Of a stretch of 23,212 nt of DNA, positions 7,724 through 16,199 are shown piece after piece. The notes beneath the pieces were generated by a model. It had not been told where the DNA came from. It searched no databases and was given only the letters and a program-made list of their open reading frames with translations. The stretch covers positions 1 through 23,212 of the forward strand of contig DAIDHG010000011.1 in the NCBI GenBank assembly GCA_027452085.1. The letters run 5' to 3'. The DNA is from a bacterium. Its GTDB lineage: Bacteria > Babelota > Babeliae > Babelales > JABCYS01. The position numbers were made by a program, and so were the translations under genes. Position 1 is the first letter of the stretch; every line of letters starts with the position of its first letter.

Positions 7724-9064
7724 ATGGTTGGCATGAGATCATCTACCCATTTTTTCATCTTTTTGAGCGCCAGCCTCGGCGCCCTGGCCTTTCTCTATCC
7801 GCCAATGCTCTGGTGGCTCGCCCTTATCTTCTTAATGCCTCTGTTTTATGCATTTCAGCACATGCACCCCACCGCCTTGCAAGGCTTTATGTGGGGTTGC
7901 TTATTTTTTGGGCTTCATTTCATGGCCGTCATTCCATTGTTGTTTCGGATGCGAGAAGGGTGGTCATCTATCATGGGCTATCTGGCTCTAATCATCTTTT
8001 TTTCCACGATGGCGGCCGGCTGGTTTTGGCTTGCGCACTGGTTGCTCCGAATTACCAAAGGTTCCTTCTTTTCTTTTGCCATCGCAACATTTCTATTCTT
8101 CGCCTTTTTATCACGCGCATGCCTTTTCATATTTGGCAGGGTAGAAGGAGTGCTTCTAATAAACCCATTGCTTCCGTTGGCCCAAATGCCGCAAACATTA
8201 GCCATGCTTCATCTGCTTGGTGCGGAAGGGCTTCTTGCGATCTTGATCCTTCTTCAATCATACAGGAAATGGAGCCTTGTTTTTATTGCGCCCTTTATAG
8301 TTGGGTGGGTATGGCAGCCGACCTTGCACAAGCCACCCATTAATTTAAATGAGGTGGGTTATATTTCAGCTCGACCATGGCCACATCAAAACCCCTGTGA
8401 AATCACCCAAGAGATCTCGCAAAAGATACGTGAGCTGAAGAAGCACAGACCTGATATTCGCCTCATATTAATGCCCGAATCATCATGCTGCTTTCCAGTT
8501 AATTCTTGCCCGCATGCTTCTGAAATATTGTTGCAAGGAGTTAGCAATGATCTCACGTTACTTTTTGGCGGGCATCATGAGGTGAACGAAGAAAACGAAA
8601 CCAAGCTCCATAATTGTTTATATTTATGCAACAACCTTCTGATAACGAAAAGTTATGCTAAAGCAAAACTCATTCCCTTTGTTGAATCGGTGCCCTCACC
8701 TTTTAATTATTCGGCCTATATCAAAAATATTTTTTTAAATGGCCATAAAGAGTTTAAGGAGGCGGAAAATGAAATTTCTTGTCGACTTTGTACTATTGAT
8801 GTAGGCCACTCATCCTTCCAACTCATTCCCCAAATCTGTTGGGAGCTCTACGTAGCCGCCGCCGACCCCTGCCCGCAAGCGCCCAAGAATGTGCCGGTCT
8901 TGGCCCTGGTCAACGATAGTTGGTATGCATCATATTATCAGCGGCTCCTTTTTCTCGGCGCCAAATTTCAATCCCTCCATTGGCATCGCCCCATTTTTTA
9001 TATTGCCCATACGGGCGCCTGGTGGTTGGATGGGGCTGCGTTAAAGCCATTGCATTTCTGGTAA
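7724..9064 (+). CDS. lnt: Apolipoprotein N-acyltransferase
   Basis: Multi-TM N-terminal half plus nitrilase-fold domain with E-K-C triad motifs LILMPES, AKAKLIPFVE, QICWE, and NDSWY. Start 7724 or 7733. Confidence 0.85.
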   Translation: MVGMRSSTHFFIFLSASLGALAFLYPPMLWWLALIFLMPLFYAFQHMHPTALQGFMWGCLFFGLHFMAVIPLLFRMREGWSSIMGYLALIIFFSTMAAGWFWLAHWLLRITKGSFFSFAIATFLFFAFLSRACLFIFGRVEGVLLINPLLPLAQMPQTLAMLHLLGAEGLLAILILLQSYRKWSLVFIAPFIVGWVWQPTLHKPPINLNEVGYISARPWPHQNPCEITQEISQKIRELKKHRPDIRLILMPESSCCFPVNSCPHASEILLQGVSNDLTLLFGGHHEVNEENETKLHNCLYLCNNLLITKSYAKAKLIPFVESVPSPFNYSAYIKNIFLNGHKEFKEAENEISCRLCTIDVGHSSFQLIPQICWELYVAAADPCPQAPKNVPVLALVNDSWYASYYQRLLFLGAKFQSLHWHRPIFYIAHTGAWWLDGAALKPLHFW

Positions 9065-9122
9065 CGATTTTTGTACCTTATAAGAGCAGAAGATTAATTG
9101 ATCTGCAAAAAAAGGAATAACA

Positions 9123-10541
9123 ATGAAACAGCATCGCCTGTTGGCAGCAATAGTTATTTGTCTGAATTTCTCATATCTCGCAAACGCCGCAAGCAGTTCT
9201 GCTTTTGAAGAAAAGAAAGTAAAGAATGAAGCAGAAGAAAGGGTGCGGGCCCAGGGCATATCATTTCGAGACTATTATCGTAAGCACAAAGAAGAAGTTG
9301 ATAATCAGGTCAAAGGCGGAACATTAAATCTGAGTAATAAAAACCTTACTGACTTGACAGATTTTGATGCAGATCACATCCCAGGCCTGACTGCGTTGCG
9401 AGTGCTTTATCTTTTTCAGAACCAACTGACCATACTCTCTCCGGCTGAGGTCTTTAAAGGCCTGACTGCATTGCGAGTGCTTGATCTTGATAAAAACCAA
9501 CTGATTATACTCCCGGCTGGGGTCTTCAACGGCCTGACTGCGTTGCAACTGCTTTATCTTTATAACAACCAACTGACCACACTCCCGGCAGGGGTCTTCA
9601 ACGGCCTGACGGCGTTGCGAGCGCTTTATCTTTATAATAACCCTATACCATTAGATCAAAGGCAGTTGGCTGAGCAATTGAAACTACCGGTAAACGTTAA
9701 CCTTCAATTTAAGATGGTTGACCAAGAGGCAGCGGAAAAAAGTTTAATGAATGCTACAAAAAAAGGTGAGGTTGATATCATACGGCAAGAGTTTAAAAAG
9801 ATTGTGACTAGTCAAATTAAAACGTATCGCAATGTCAAAATTGATATCTCAAAAATTCGTGATGCCCAAGGCAACAACCTGTTACATTTGGTTGTAAAGT
9901 CGTTTGCTGACAAGCGTAATTTTATTTTAAACAGCCCGCTCTGGAAGGGTGATTTTGAGTTATTGTCTCACGAGATTAAAAAAAATGATGATACCTACAC
10001 CAAAATTTTCTGGATATTGACTCAATTTGGTGGGCCTAAAGTTCAAGAGATGTTGCTCACTCGCAATAAATCTGGCCAGGATGTAATTCAGCAAGCTATT
10101 GGCCTCTTAGGCATGGATAGCGGGATCATAAAAGCAATTAAAGATCAGCTGGCGCCAAAGGCGGCCGGAAAACCGATGCCGCGATTTGCTATGAAAAGGC
10201 GCGCTGATGAAATAACACCTGCGCAAGAAGAAGAAGGCCCAATCCTTGAAGAAATTACTGAGCATCTCGCAGCACAGCGCGCTAAAATCCTCAAAGAGGA
10301 AAGGCGATTTATGTTGCCTCATATTGCCAATAAAAGGGGGCGCGCTAATGATGATGACGCATCGGAAGAAGAGCAGCCACCAGCAGCGCAACGGCTGCGC
10401 CTGCAGCCAGCAGAACAGCGTTTGCAAGAGGAGCTTCAAGCACGGCACGTGATGATGGATCTTTCCTCAGAGAATGAGCCTGGGGTAGAAGTTGCACGGC
10501 AGAAAAAACGAGCCGACAATTCACTTACTGAGAAAGAGTAA
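9123..10541 (+). CDS. Secreted leucine-rich-repeat protein with ankyrin-like segment and charged disordered tail
   Basis: Signal peptide; 24-25-aa LRRs (GLTALRVLYLxxNQLxxLPAGVFN); DAQGNNLLHLVV ankyrin-like motif; K/R clusters in the tail. Confidence 0.9.
   Translation: MKQHRLLAAIVICLNFSYLANAASSSAFEEKKVKNEAEERVRAQGISFRDYYRKHKEEVDNQVKGGTLNLSNKNLTDLTDFDADHIPGLTALRVLYLFQNQLTILSPAEVFKGLTALRVLDLDKNQLIILPAGVFNGLTALQLLYLYNNQLTTLPAGVFNGLTALRALYLYNNPIPLDQRQLAEQLKLPVNVNLQFKMVDQEAAEKSLMNATKKGEVDIIRQEFKKIVTSQIKTYRNVKIDISKIRDAQGNNLLHLVVKSFADKRNFILNSPLWKGDFELLSHEIKKNDDTYTKIFWILTQFGGPKVQEMLLTRNKSGQDVIQQAIGLLGMDSGIIKAIKDQLAPKAAGKPMPRFAMKRRADEITPAQEEEGPILEEITEHLAAQRAKILKEERRFMLPHIANKRGRANDDDASEEEQPPAAQRLRLQPAEQRLQEELQARHVMMDLSSENEPGVEVARQKKRADNSLTEKE
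9384..9643 (+). repeat. Tandem coding repeats (LRR units of 75, 72, 72 nt plus a partial unit)
   Basis: GGCCTGAC(T/G)GC(G/A)TTGC starts at 9384, 9459, 9531 and 9603. Confidence 0.95.
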
Positions 10542-10631
10542 CTCAACATAAAACAGCAGCTATATTTTTTATCATTGTTCTCTATAATTCGTTGGTCGAC
10601 CATTACTAATTGATTATGTAGAGCAAGCATC

Positions 10632-11645
10632 ATGTTACTCATCGCCATTCTATATTTATTGGGTGCCAGCACCTTTACGATCTCCAAAGCAGCGCTTGCT
10701 TACGCGGCTCCCATTTTTTATGTAGCAGTGCGTATGCTTATTGGCGGTGCGGTATTGCTGGTCTACTACTGGTTTGCATCTACCAAAAGAATGCGCAATG
10801 AAGTTAATTTGCGCACGGAGCTCTCGGCTATGCAGCCGCCGGAAAAGCGCAACGCGCCGTGGCATATTCCTAAAAAACATTATGGTCTCTTTGCCGGTGC
10901 TATTCTTGCTTATATTTATTTATCATATGTTTTTGATTTAGTGGCCCTTGATTATATGACGTCGGCTAAGGCGTGCTTATTTTATGATCTATCACCATTC
11001 ATTTCAGCATTGTTTTCGTATTGGGTCTTTCATGAAATCATGACCCCTAAAAAATGGCTTGGATTAATTTTAGGATGTTTGGCTTTTTTACCGGTGATAC
11101 TAGCGCCGGCAGAAGTGGTGAAGCAAGCTGGCATCATGGGCTATTGGCCAGAAATTATGATGCTTGGTGCTGTGGCCGCATCTTCATATGGTTGGATTGT
11201 AGTTCGTGAGTTGGCAAAAATACACGCATATGATTCATCCTTTCTGAATGGTATTGCCATGGTTGGTGGCGGCTTATTGGCACTCATAACCTCACTCATC
11301 TTTGAGTCGTGGGGTGCCACTGCTTGGTTTGTGCCGGTTACCAATATGTCGGTCTTTGCATTAAATACGGCGCTTGTTGTTGTGGTTTCCAATTTCCTAT
11401 TTTCAATGTTGTATACCGAGCTTTTAAAAAAATACACGGCCACCTTATTGGCCTTTGCTGGCTTTACCGCGCCGTTATTTGCAGCGGGGCTTGGTTGGTT
11501 GTTTTTAAATGAAATGGTGACGTGGGATTTCTTTGCTTCCGCGATTTTAGTAGTGATTGGACTATACATTTTTTATCAAGAAGAATTGAAACAAGGCTAT
11601 TATGACCCATTCGATTCGACTCAGGGTCCCGGGGTTCTTGGATAA
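10632..11645 (+). CDS. DMT-superfamily (EamA-like) transporter
   Basis: About 10 TM helices in two repeats; AVRMLIGG, LSPFISALFSYWVFHE, APLFAAGLGWLFLNE motifs. Confidence 0.9.
   Translation: MLLIAILYLLGASTFTISKAALAYAAPIFYVAVRMLIGGAVLLVYYWFASTKRMRNEVNLRTELSAMQPPEKRNAPWHIPKKHYGLFAGAILAYIYLSYVFDLVALDYMTSAKACLFYDLSPFISALFSYWVFHEIMTPKKWLGLILGCLAFLPVILAPAEVVKQAGIMGYWPEIMMLGAVAASSYGWIVVRELAKIHAYDSSFLNGIAMVGGGLLALITSLIFESWGATAWFVPVTNMSVFALNTALVVVVSNFLFSMLYTELLKKYTATLLAFAGFTAPLFAAGLGWLFLNEMVTWDFFASAILVVIGLYIFYQEELKQGYYDPFDSTQGPGVLG
11604..11628. repeat. REP-like imperfect palindrome at the 3' end of the DMT gene
   Basis: GACCC-ATTCGATTCGACTCA-GGGTC; a second palindrome CGGCC-TT-GGCCG follows at about 11659..11670. 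Confidence 0.4.
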
Positions 11646-11702
11646 AATCATTTTTTATCGGCCTTGGCCGGTGAGCTGGAGAGACAAAGCGAAAGAAAAT
11701 TC

Positions 11703-13163
11703 ATGAAAAATTTGCCAGATATAAATACTCAATTTGCTGAATGGTATCAAGAAGTTATTCATCGCGCTGAGTTGGTAGATAATGCGCCTGTTCGTGGCTG
11801 CATGATTGTCAGGCCGTATGGTACCGCCATTTGGGAAAATATTGTGAAAGTGCTTGATGCCAAGATAAAAAAGACGGGCCATCAAAATGTGCTTTTTCCA
11901 TTATTAATTCCATTGTCGTTCATCCAAAAGGAGGCAAAGCACGTTGAAGGCTTTGCGCCAGAATTGGCGGTGGTCACCCAAGCTGGCGGTAAAGAGCTTG
12001 AAGAGCCGTATGTAATTCGGCCAACCTCTGAGACAATGTTTCACTATATGTTTGCACATTGGATTAAATCATGGCGCGATTTGCCGATGAAGTTAAACCA
12101 GTGGGCAAATGTAATGCGCTGGGAAATGCGCACACGCCCATTTCTGCGCACCACGGAATTTTACTGGCAAGAAGGCCACACAGCTCATGCAACCAAGGAA
12201 GAAGCTGAGCAGGAAGTGGAGATGATGCTCAATGAATATATTGATTTGGTCGAGCAATATTTGGCAATCCCCATCTTTGGCGAAGAAAAGCCGGCGAGCG
12301 AGCGTTTTGCTGGCGCCGATCGCACCTTCACCCTAGAAGGCATTATGCCGGATGGTAAAGCGCTGCAAATGGGCACCTCCCATCTTCTTTCACAATCATT
12401 TGCGCATGCATTTAATATCCAATTCCAAAATAGCCAAGGGGTGTTGGAGCATCCATGGCTGACCAGCTGGGGCGTGACCACGCGACTCGTTGGTGCGATG
12501 GTGATGGTGCATGGTGACCAAAAAGGGCTGGTGCTGCCGCCGAAAATTGCGCCAATCCAAATTGTGATCATGCCAATTTTTAGAAAAGGGGCAGATGCCG
12601 AGCAGCTTAAAAAGGTCTGCCAAGAACTTAAAGAGAAATTTGATGTTGGCACACTGATTGGCCAAAGTGGATTTATGTTCGGTCCTGCCAATGCGCGCGT
12701 GGTGATCGATCAAGATGAGCACGAAACGCCTGGTGCTAAATTTTATAAGTGGGAGCTCAAGGGTGTGCCGTTGCGCATTGAAATTGGCCCGCGGGATTTA
12801 GAAGCTGGGCAGGCGGTATTAGTAGATCGCCTTGGATTGGGCAAAAAGATGGTGCCCCTTGATCGCATCGTAGAAGAAGCCTTAAGCATGTTGGATACGA
12901 TCCAGGCTGAGATGTATGCACGGGCAACCAAAAAGCGTGACAGTCTAATCAAGCAGGTAGAGAAATTTGAGGAGTTTGCGAGCGAATTGGAAAAAGGGGG
13001 GTATGCCTATATAACTGGCTGGTGCCAGCAAGATGGGTGTGAACAGAAGCTGAAAGAGTATAAGGCTACTATCCGTTGTGTGTTAGAAACGGCTAACCAT
13101 AAGCATTGTTTTATGTGTGATCGCCCAAGTGTTGCAGACATTTTGGTTGCTAAGGCATACTGA
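11703..13163 (+). CDS. proS: Proline--tRNA ligase, archaeal/eukaryote-like type without INS editing domain
   Basis: EGFAPE, RPTSET, RWEMRTRPFLRTTEFYWQEGHT, TSWGVTTR, anticodon-binding domain, Cys-rich zinc C-terminus ending AKAY; start reassigned to ATG 11703. Confidence 0.97.
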   Translation: MKNLPDINTQFAEWYQEVIHRAELVDNAPVRGCMIVRPYGTAIWENIVKVLDAKIKKTGHQNVLFPLLIPLSFIQKEAKHVEGFAPELAVVTQAGGKELEEPYVIRPTSETMFHYMFAHWIKSWRDLPMKLNQWANVMRWEMRTRPFLRTTEFYWQEGHTAHATKEEAEQEVEMMLNEYIDLVEQYLAIPIFGEEKPASERFAGADRTFTLEGIMPDGKALQMGTSHLLSQSFAHAFNIQFQNSQGVLEHPWLTSWGVTTRLVGAMVMVHGDQKGLVLPPKIAPIQIVIMPIFRKGADAEQLKKVCQELKEKFDVGTLIGQSGFMFGPANARVVIDQDEHETPGAKFYKWELKGVPLRIEIGPRDLEAGQAVLVDRLGLGKKMVPLDRIVEEALSMLDTIQAEMYARATKKRDSLIKQVEKFEEFASELEKGGYAYITGWCQQDGCEQKLKEYKATIRCVLETANHKHCFMCDRPSVADILVAKAY

Positions 13164-13317
13164 CGATAGAAGAGCAGTTCGCTACAGCCGCAGTCAATCG
13201 GCTTGCATGCTGGTTTATGGTAAGGCGATTGTATAAGAAATTGGAAAATACTCAGGGTGAGTGGTGATTATGGTTCTTCAAAAGGATTTTCTGGTAAAAA
13301 TATTACGGGGATAAGCG

Positions 13318-14223
13318 ATGGAATCATTTCTAACTAAGTTTGAAACGTATCTACTTACCGAAAAGCGAGCGGCGCAGAATACCTATGCCGCCTACAAGCG
13401 TGATATCGAGCAATACATCTCTTTTCTGAAGCAAAAGAATGTAGAGCTGGAAGCCGCAAACTCAGATACCATTAAGTCTTTCTTAACTCATTTGCACGAG
13501 CAACGAATTACTGCTCGGTCATTGGCCCGCAAAATTTCATCGCTAAAGGCATTTTATGGCTTCTTGCATGAGCGCCATCGCTTTGATCACCATGCGCGTG
13601 ATATTGCAATGCCAAAGTTGGAAAAGAAATTACCTCAATACTTATCTGAAGCTGATGTTGAACGTTTATTATCAAGCACCAACGATGATAAATCAGACAT
13701 CGGTGTTCGCAACAAAGTGATGGTTTACCTTCTCTATGTTTCCGGTATGCGCATCAGCGAACTGGTAAATATGAAAAAATCAGCCATTCATTTCGACACT
13801 GGCTTTATAGCGGTGGATGGTAAGGGCGGGCGCCAACGCATGGTGCCACTGCCGGCGCACATGATTGCTATGTTGCGCGAATATTTTGAAGAGGTATTCC
13901 CTCGTTTGATGACCAAGGATGGTCAACGCATTGAAACAGAATATGCATTCCCAATCTTCTACGGAAAACGCATCAAACCTATTTCACGCCAGGCTTTCTG
14001 GGTGGTGCTGAAGCGCGTTGCTGAAAGTGTGGGTATGAAAGAGGTTGTTTCTCCGCATCGCCTGCGCCATTCTTTGGCGACACATCTTTTGCAAAAAGGC
14101 GCCGACTTGCGCTCATTGCAAATGCTGCTCGGGCATGAGCAATTATCTACGGTGCAAATTTATACGCATTTAGATACGAGCCATCTTCGTGATGTGTACG
14201 ATAAGAAACATCCGCGATCGTAA
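13318..14223 (+). CDS. xerD: Tyrosine recombinase of the XerC/XerD family
   Basis: N-terminal SAM-like domain (NTYAAYKRDI); catalytic R (GMRISEL), K (GKG), HRLRH, LGH...IYTH; C-terminal HPRS. XerD versus XerC is not certain. Confidence 0.88.
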   Translation: MESFLTKFETYLLTEKRAAQNTYAAYKRDIEQYISFLKQKNVELEAANSDTIKSFLTHLHEQRITARSLARKISSLKAFYGFLHERHRFDHHARDIAMPKLEKKLPQYLSEADVERLLSSTNDDKSDIGVRNKVMVYLLYVSGMRISELVNMKKSAIHFDTGFIAVDGKGGRQRMVPLPAHMIAMLREYFEEVFPRLMTKDGQRIETEYAFPIFYGKRIKPISRQAFWVVLKRVAESVGMKEVVSPHRLRHSLATHLLQKGADLRSLQMLLGHEQLSTVQIYTHLDTSHLRDVYDKKHPRS

Positions 14224-14228
14224 GTTAT

Positions 14229-15317
14229 TTATTCCTGATGCTTTTGCTCACGCTCTTTGATTTCGGCAAGCATTCTTCCCGCCGGTTGTGGAGGTATATT
14301 GCCGTTTTGTGCAGGATCAAACTGGTTTATTCGTCTTGCGCCAAGAGCTGATGAAGATGAGCCTCGTGCCTCAAGGATGGTTTGTTCAGCAGAAAGTACC
14401 ATTTTATACTTTATAAAATTCTGCTGAATTTCTTCTTGAGAAAGGCCTGATGAATTTCTCAGAGTATTGTAATGGCGACACCGTGTTTCAACTGTCTGCC
14501 TGATTTCTTCATTTGTGGCTGCGTCTCCTAAGCCAAGAATATGGTAAGCTTTTTTTAATTCGGGATTCGGTTCATCGCCAAGGTTTTGGACCAACTCTTG
14601 AGTCGGAACTTGTTCGGAGGGGGAAACAATAGCTGGCTGAATCTGGGGTGCTGCACTTTGACCTTCTACAGAATCTGCTTGCACATCATGTGAGACAGGA
14701 TCATGCGGGATATATTCCAATTGTGGCGCGGGTGCATGATTGTTGTGCTCGGCATTATCATTTTGCTGTTGTGATTCGTTGCGTCTCTGCCAGGCATTGA
14801 GCAAAGCTGGAAGTTTAGCTAAGGCAGCCAATGAAATAGTGGCAAAAATCCCCCTATTTATTGGGTTTGCGACCGCTTTTTCAAAATAGCGTTGAAGTAG
14901 CTCCTCAAATTGAAACTGTCGATCTTCTCTAGGCTTCACATTTTTCGTGAGTGAATCAATAAGAATTTTTTTTAACGTTTCGCCAGGATCATTTCCTAAA
15001 ATGCCCTTGATTATGATTTCCTGATCTTCTTCTGCAACCTCGACTGTCCATCTGGTGATTGCGTAAAGCGCATCGAAATATTTCGTTTCTGAATATGGAT
15101 TCCAGCGATCCACAAGCATAAGTAGTGCTTTGCGTCTGATGTCTCGATCTTTAATCCCTTGAATGGCATTAAAAGCTTTCGTAAAGCTATACGGTAATCG
15201 CGTTATACTGAATGTTGGGCAACTGCTCGTTGTGTATGATAGGCAACTGGTCAAAAGTAGGAGAGTAATCATGAGGATATGCATTAGAGACTTTCTTAAA
15301 TTCAAGTAAATGGACAT
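14229..15317 (-). CDS. Hypothetical exported protein, possible lipoprotein, with degenerate J-domain-like C-terminal region
   Basis: LLLLTSC lipobox-like motif (alternative start 15284); central hydrophobic segment; AYHILGLGDAATNEEIRQ resembles DnaJ helices I-II but no HPD. Confidence 0.7.
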   Translation of the reverse strand: MSIYLNLRKSLMHILMITLLLLTSCLSYTTSSCPTFSITRLPYSFTKAFNAIQGIKDRDIRRKALLMLVDRWNPYSETKYFDALYAITRWTVEVAEEDQEIIIKGILGNDPGETLKKILIDSLTKNVKPREDRQFQFEELLQRYFEKAVANPINRGIFATISLAALAKLPALLNAWQRRNESQQQNDNAEHNNHAPAPQLEYIPHDPVSHDVQADSVEGQSAAPQIQPAIVSPSEQVPTQELVQNLGDEPNPELKKAYHILGLGDAATNEEIRQTVETRCRHYNTLRNSSGLSQEEIQQNFIKYKMVLSAEQTILEARGSSSSALGARRINQFDPAQNGNIPPQPAGRMLAEIKEREQKHQE

Positions 15318-15359
15318 ACAAATCAGGCAAAATTATAATCCCCTACCATTTATGAGCAA
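15311..15359. promoter_or_regulatory. Putative bidirectional promoter with overlapping -10 boxes
   Basis: Plus strand TGGACA(15311)-N17-TATAAT(15334); minus strand TTGCTC(15359)-N16-TATAAT(15337); ATTATAAT palindrome. Confidence 0.6.
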
Positions 15360-15380
15360 GACCAACAATGAGGATAGGCG

Positions 15381-16199
15381 GTGCAATATATCTATTTTAT
15401 TCTTTCATGTGTCTGTTGTTTCTTTAACTTAAATCTGTTTACTGTGACTGCTTTTGCAGCTCAAGATTCGGCAAACTGGGCATCGATAGAATCTTTGCTG
15501 CTTGAGGGAGCAAGAATAAAATACACACCGCAATTGCCAATATCTCTTGAAGATGCTCAGGCAAGGCTTACAAGAGCCCAAGAAATAGCTTTGAATATTT
15601 CTGAGCTCATTATGACCGAAAGTTCAAGAATTAATGAGCGGCGAAGAATTGCCAATCAAGAGCTTGTAAACAGTCGGGCAGATCATTTAAAAACCCAAGA
15701 CAAATTAATAAATGCACTTCAGGCTTCGATCTCGCTTCAAAAAACAGCCAAGTGGCATCGGTTAGGCAATATTTTAGCTGGTGCAACGGCTATCACCGCC
15801 GGCTCTTGGTATTTTTTGCAAAGCATACGCACGGTATTTAACGCCCGAAGGGCGCTGCACGATGATCCACTTATTAATATGTATATTGGTGTGCCTATAG
15901 ATTGGGTGGCATCAATATCAGAGGATGAGCATACGGCCAATGCCATGAGGATTTATTATAGGCATAATAATGTGTCGGCAGATGAAGCTTCGCTGTCTCC
16001 AGTGATCGATGCCTTAGATGAGCGCATTCGGCTGCTGACCGATTTTATTTCATGGCAAAAGAGTTGGCTCATGCACGTAGAAGAAGCTGATATTCGATTG
16101 GCGCACCAGCGGCTTGCCTGCTTACATATTGTGCGTGAACAATTAGTTGTACATGCCCATTGTCCTGACTCAAACACATGTGAGAAAAATTTAAGATAA
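15381..16199 (+). CDS. Hypothetical exported coiled-coil/TM protein; last 12 codons supplied by the IS end
   Basis: GAGGA RBS before GTG; signal peptide ending AFA; coiled coil; TM ILAGATAITAGSWYFL; stop lies inside the IS. Confidence 0.7.
   Translation: MQYIYFILSCVCCFFNLNLFTVTAFAAQDSANWASIESLLLEGARIKYTPQLPISLEDAQARLTRAQEIALNISELIMTESSRINERRRIANQELVNSRADHLKTQDKLINALQASISLQKTAKWHRLGNILAGATAITAGSWYFLQSIRTVFNARRALHDDPLINMYIGVPIDWVASISEDEHTANAMRIYYRHNNVSADEASLSPVIDALDERIRLLTDFISWQKSWLMHVEEADIRLAHQRLACLHIVREQLVVHAHCPDSNTCEKNLR

Noticed and set aside
9384..9643. CRISPR array or DGR template/variable repeat
   Set aside because: Repeats are in-frame LRR codons with no spacers; differences are not adenine-specific; no cas or reverse transcriptase gene in the window.
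10230..10262. GPILEEITE as an Hsp70-like GPTIEEVD mimic
   Set aside because: Internal rather than C-terminal, and easily produced by chance in an E-rich tail.
11664..11702. N-terminal extension of ProRS from a TTG start
   Set aside because: ATG 11703 gives a normal N-terminus; the extension lies in a palindromic intergenic stretch.
13186..13203. AGCCG-N8-CGGCT hairpin after proS as a terminator
   Set aside because: Only 5 bp and no U-tract.
13318..14223. Phage or island integrase
   Set aside because: Length, N-terminal domain and HPR C-terminus fit chromosomal XerC/D; no att repeat, tRNA or phage genes seen.
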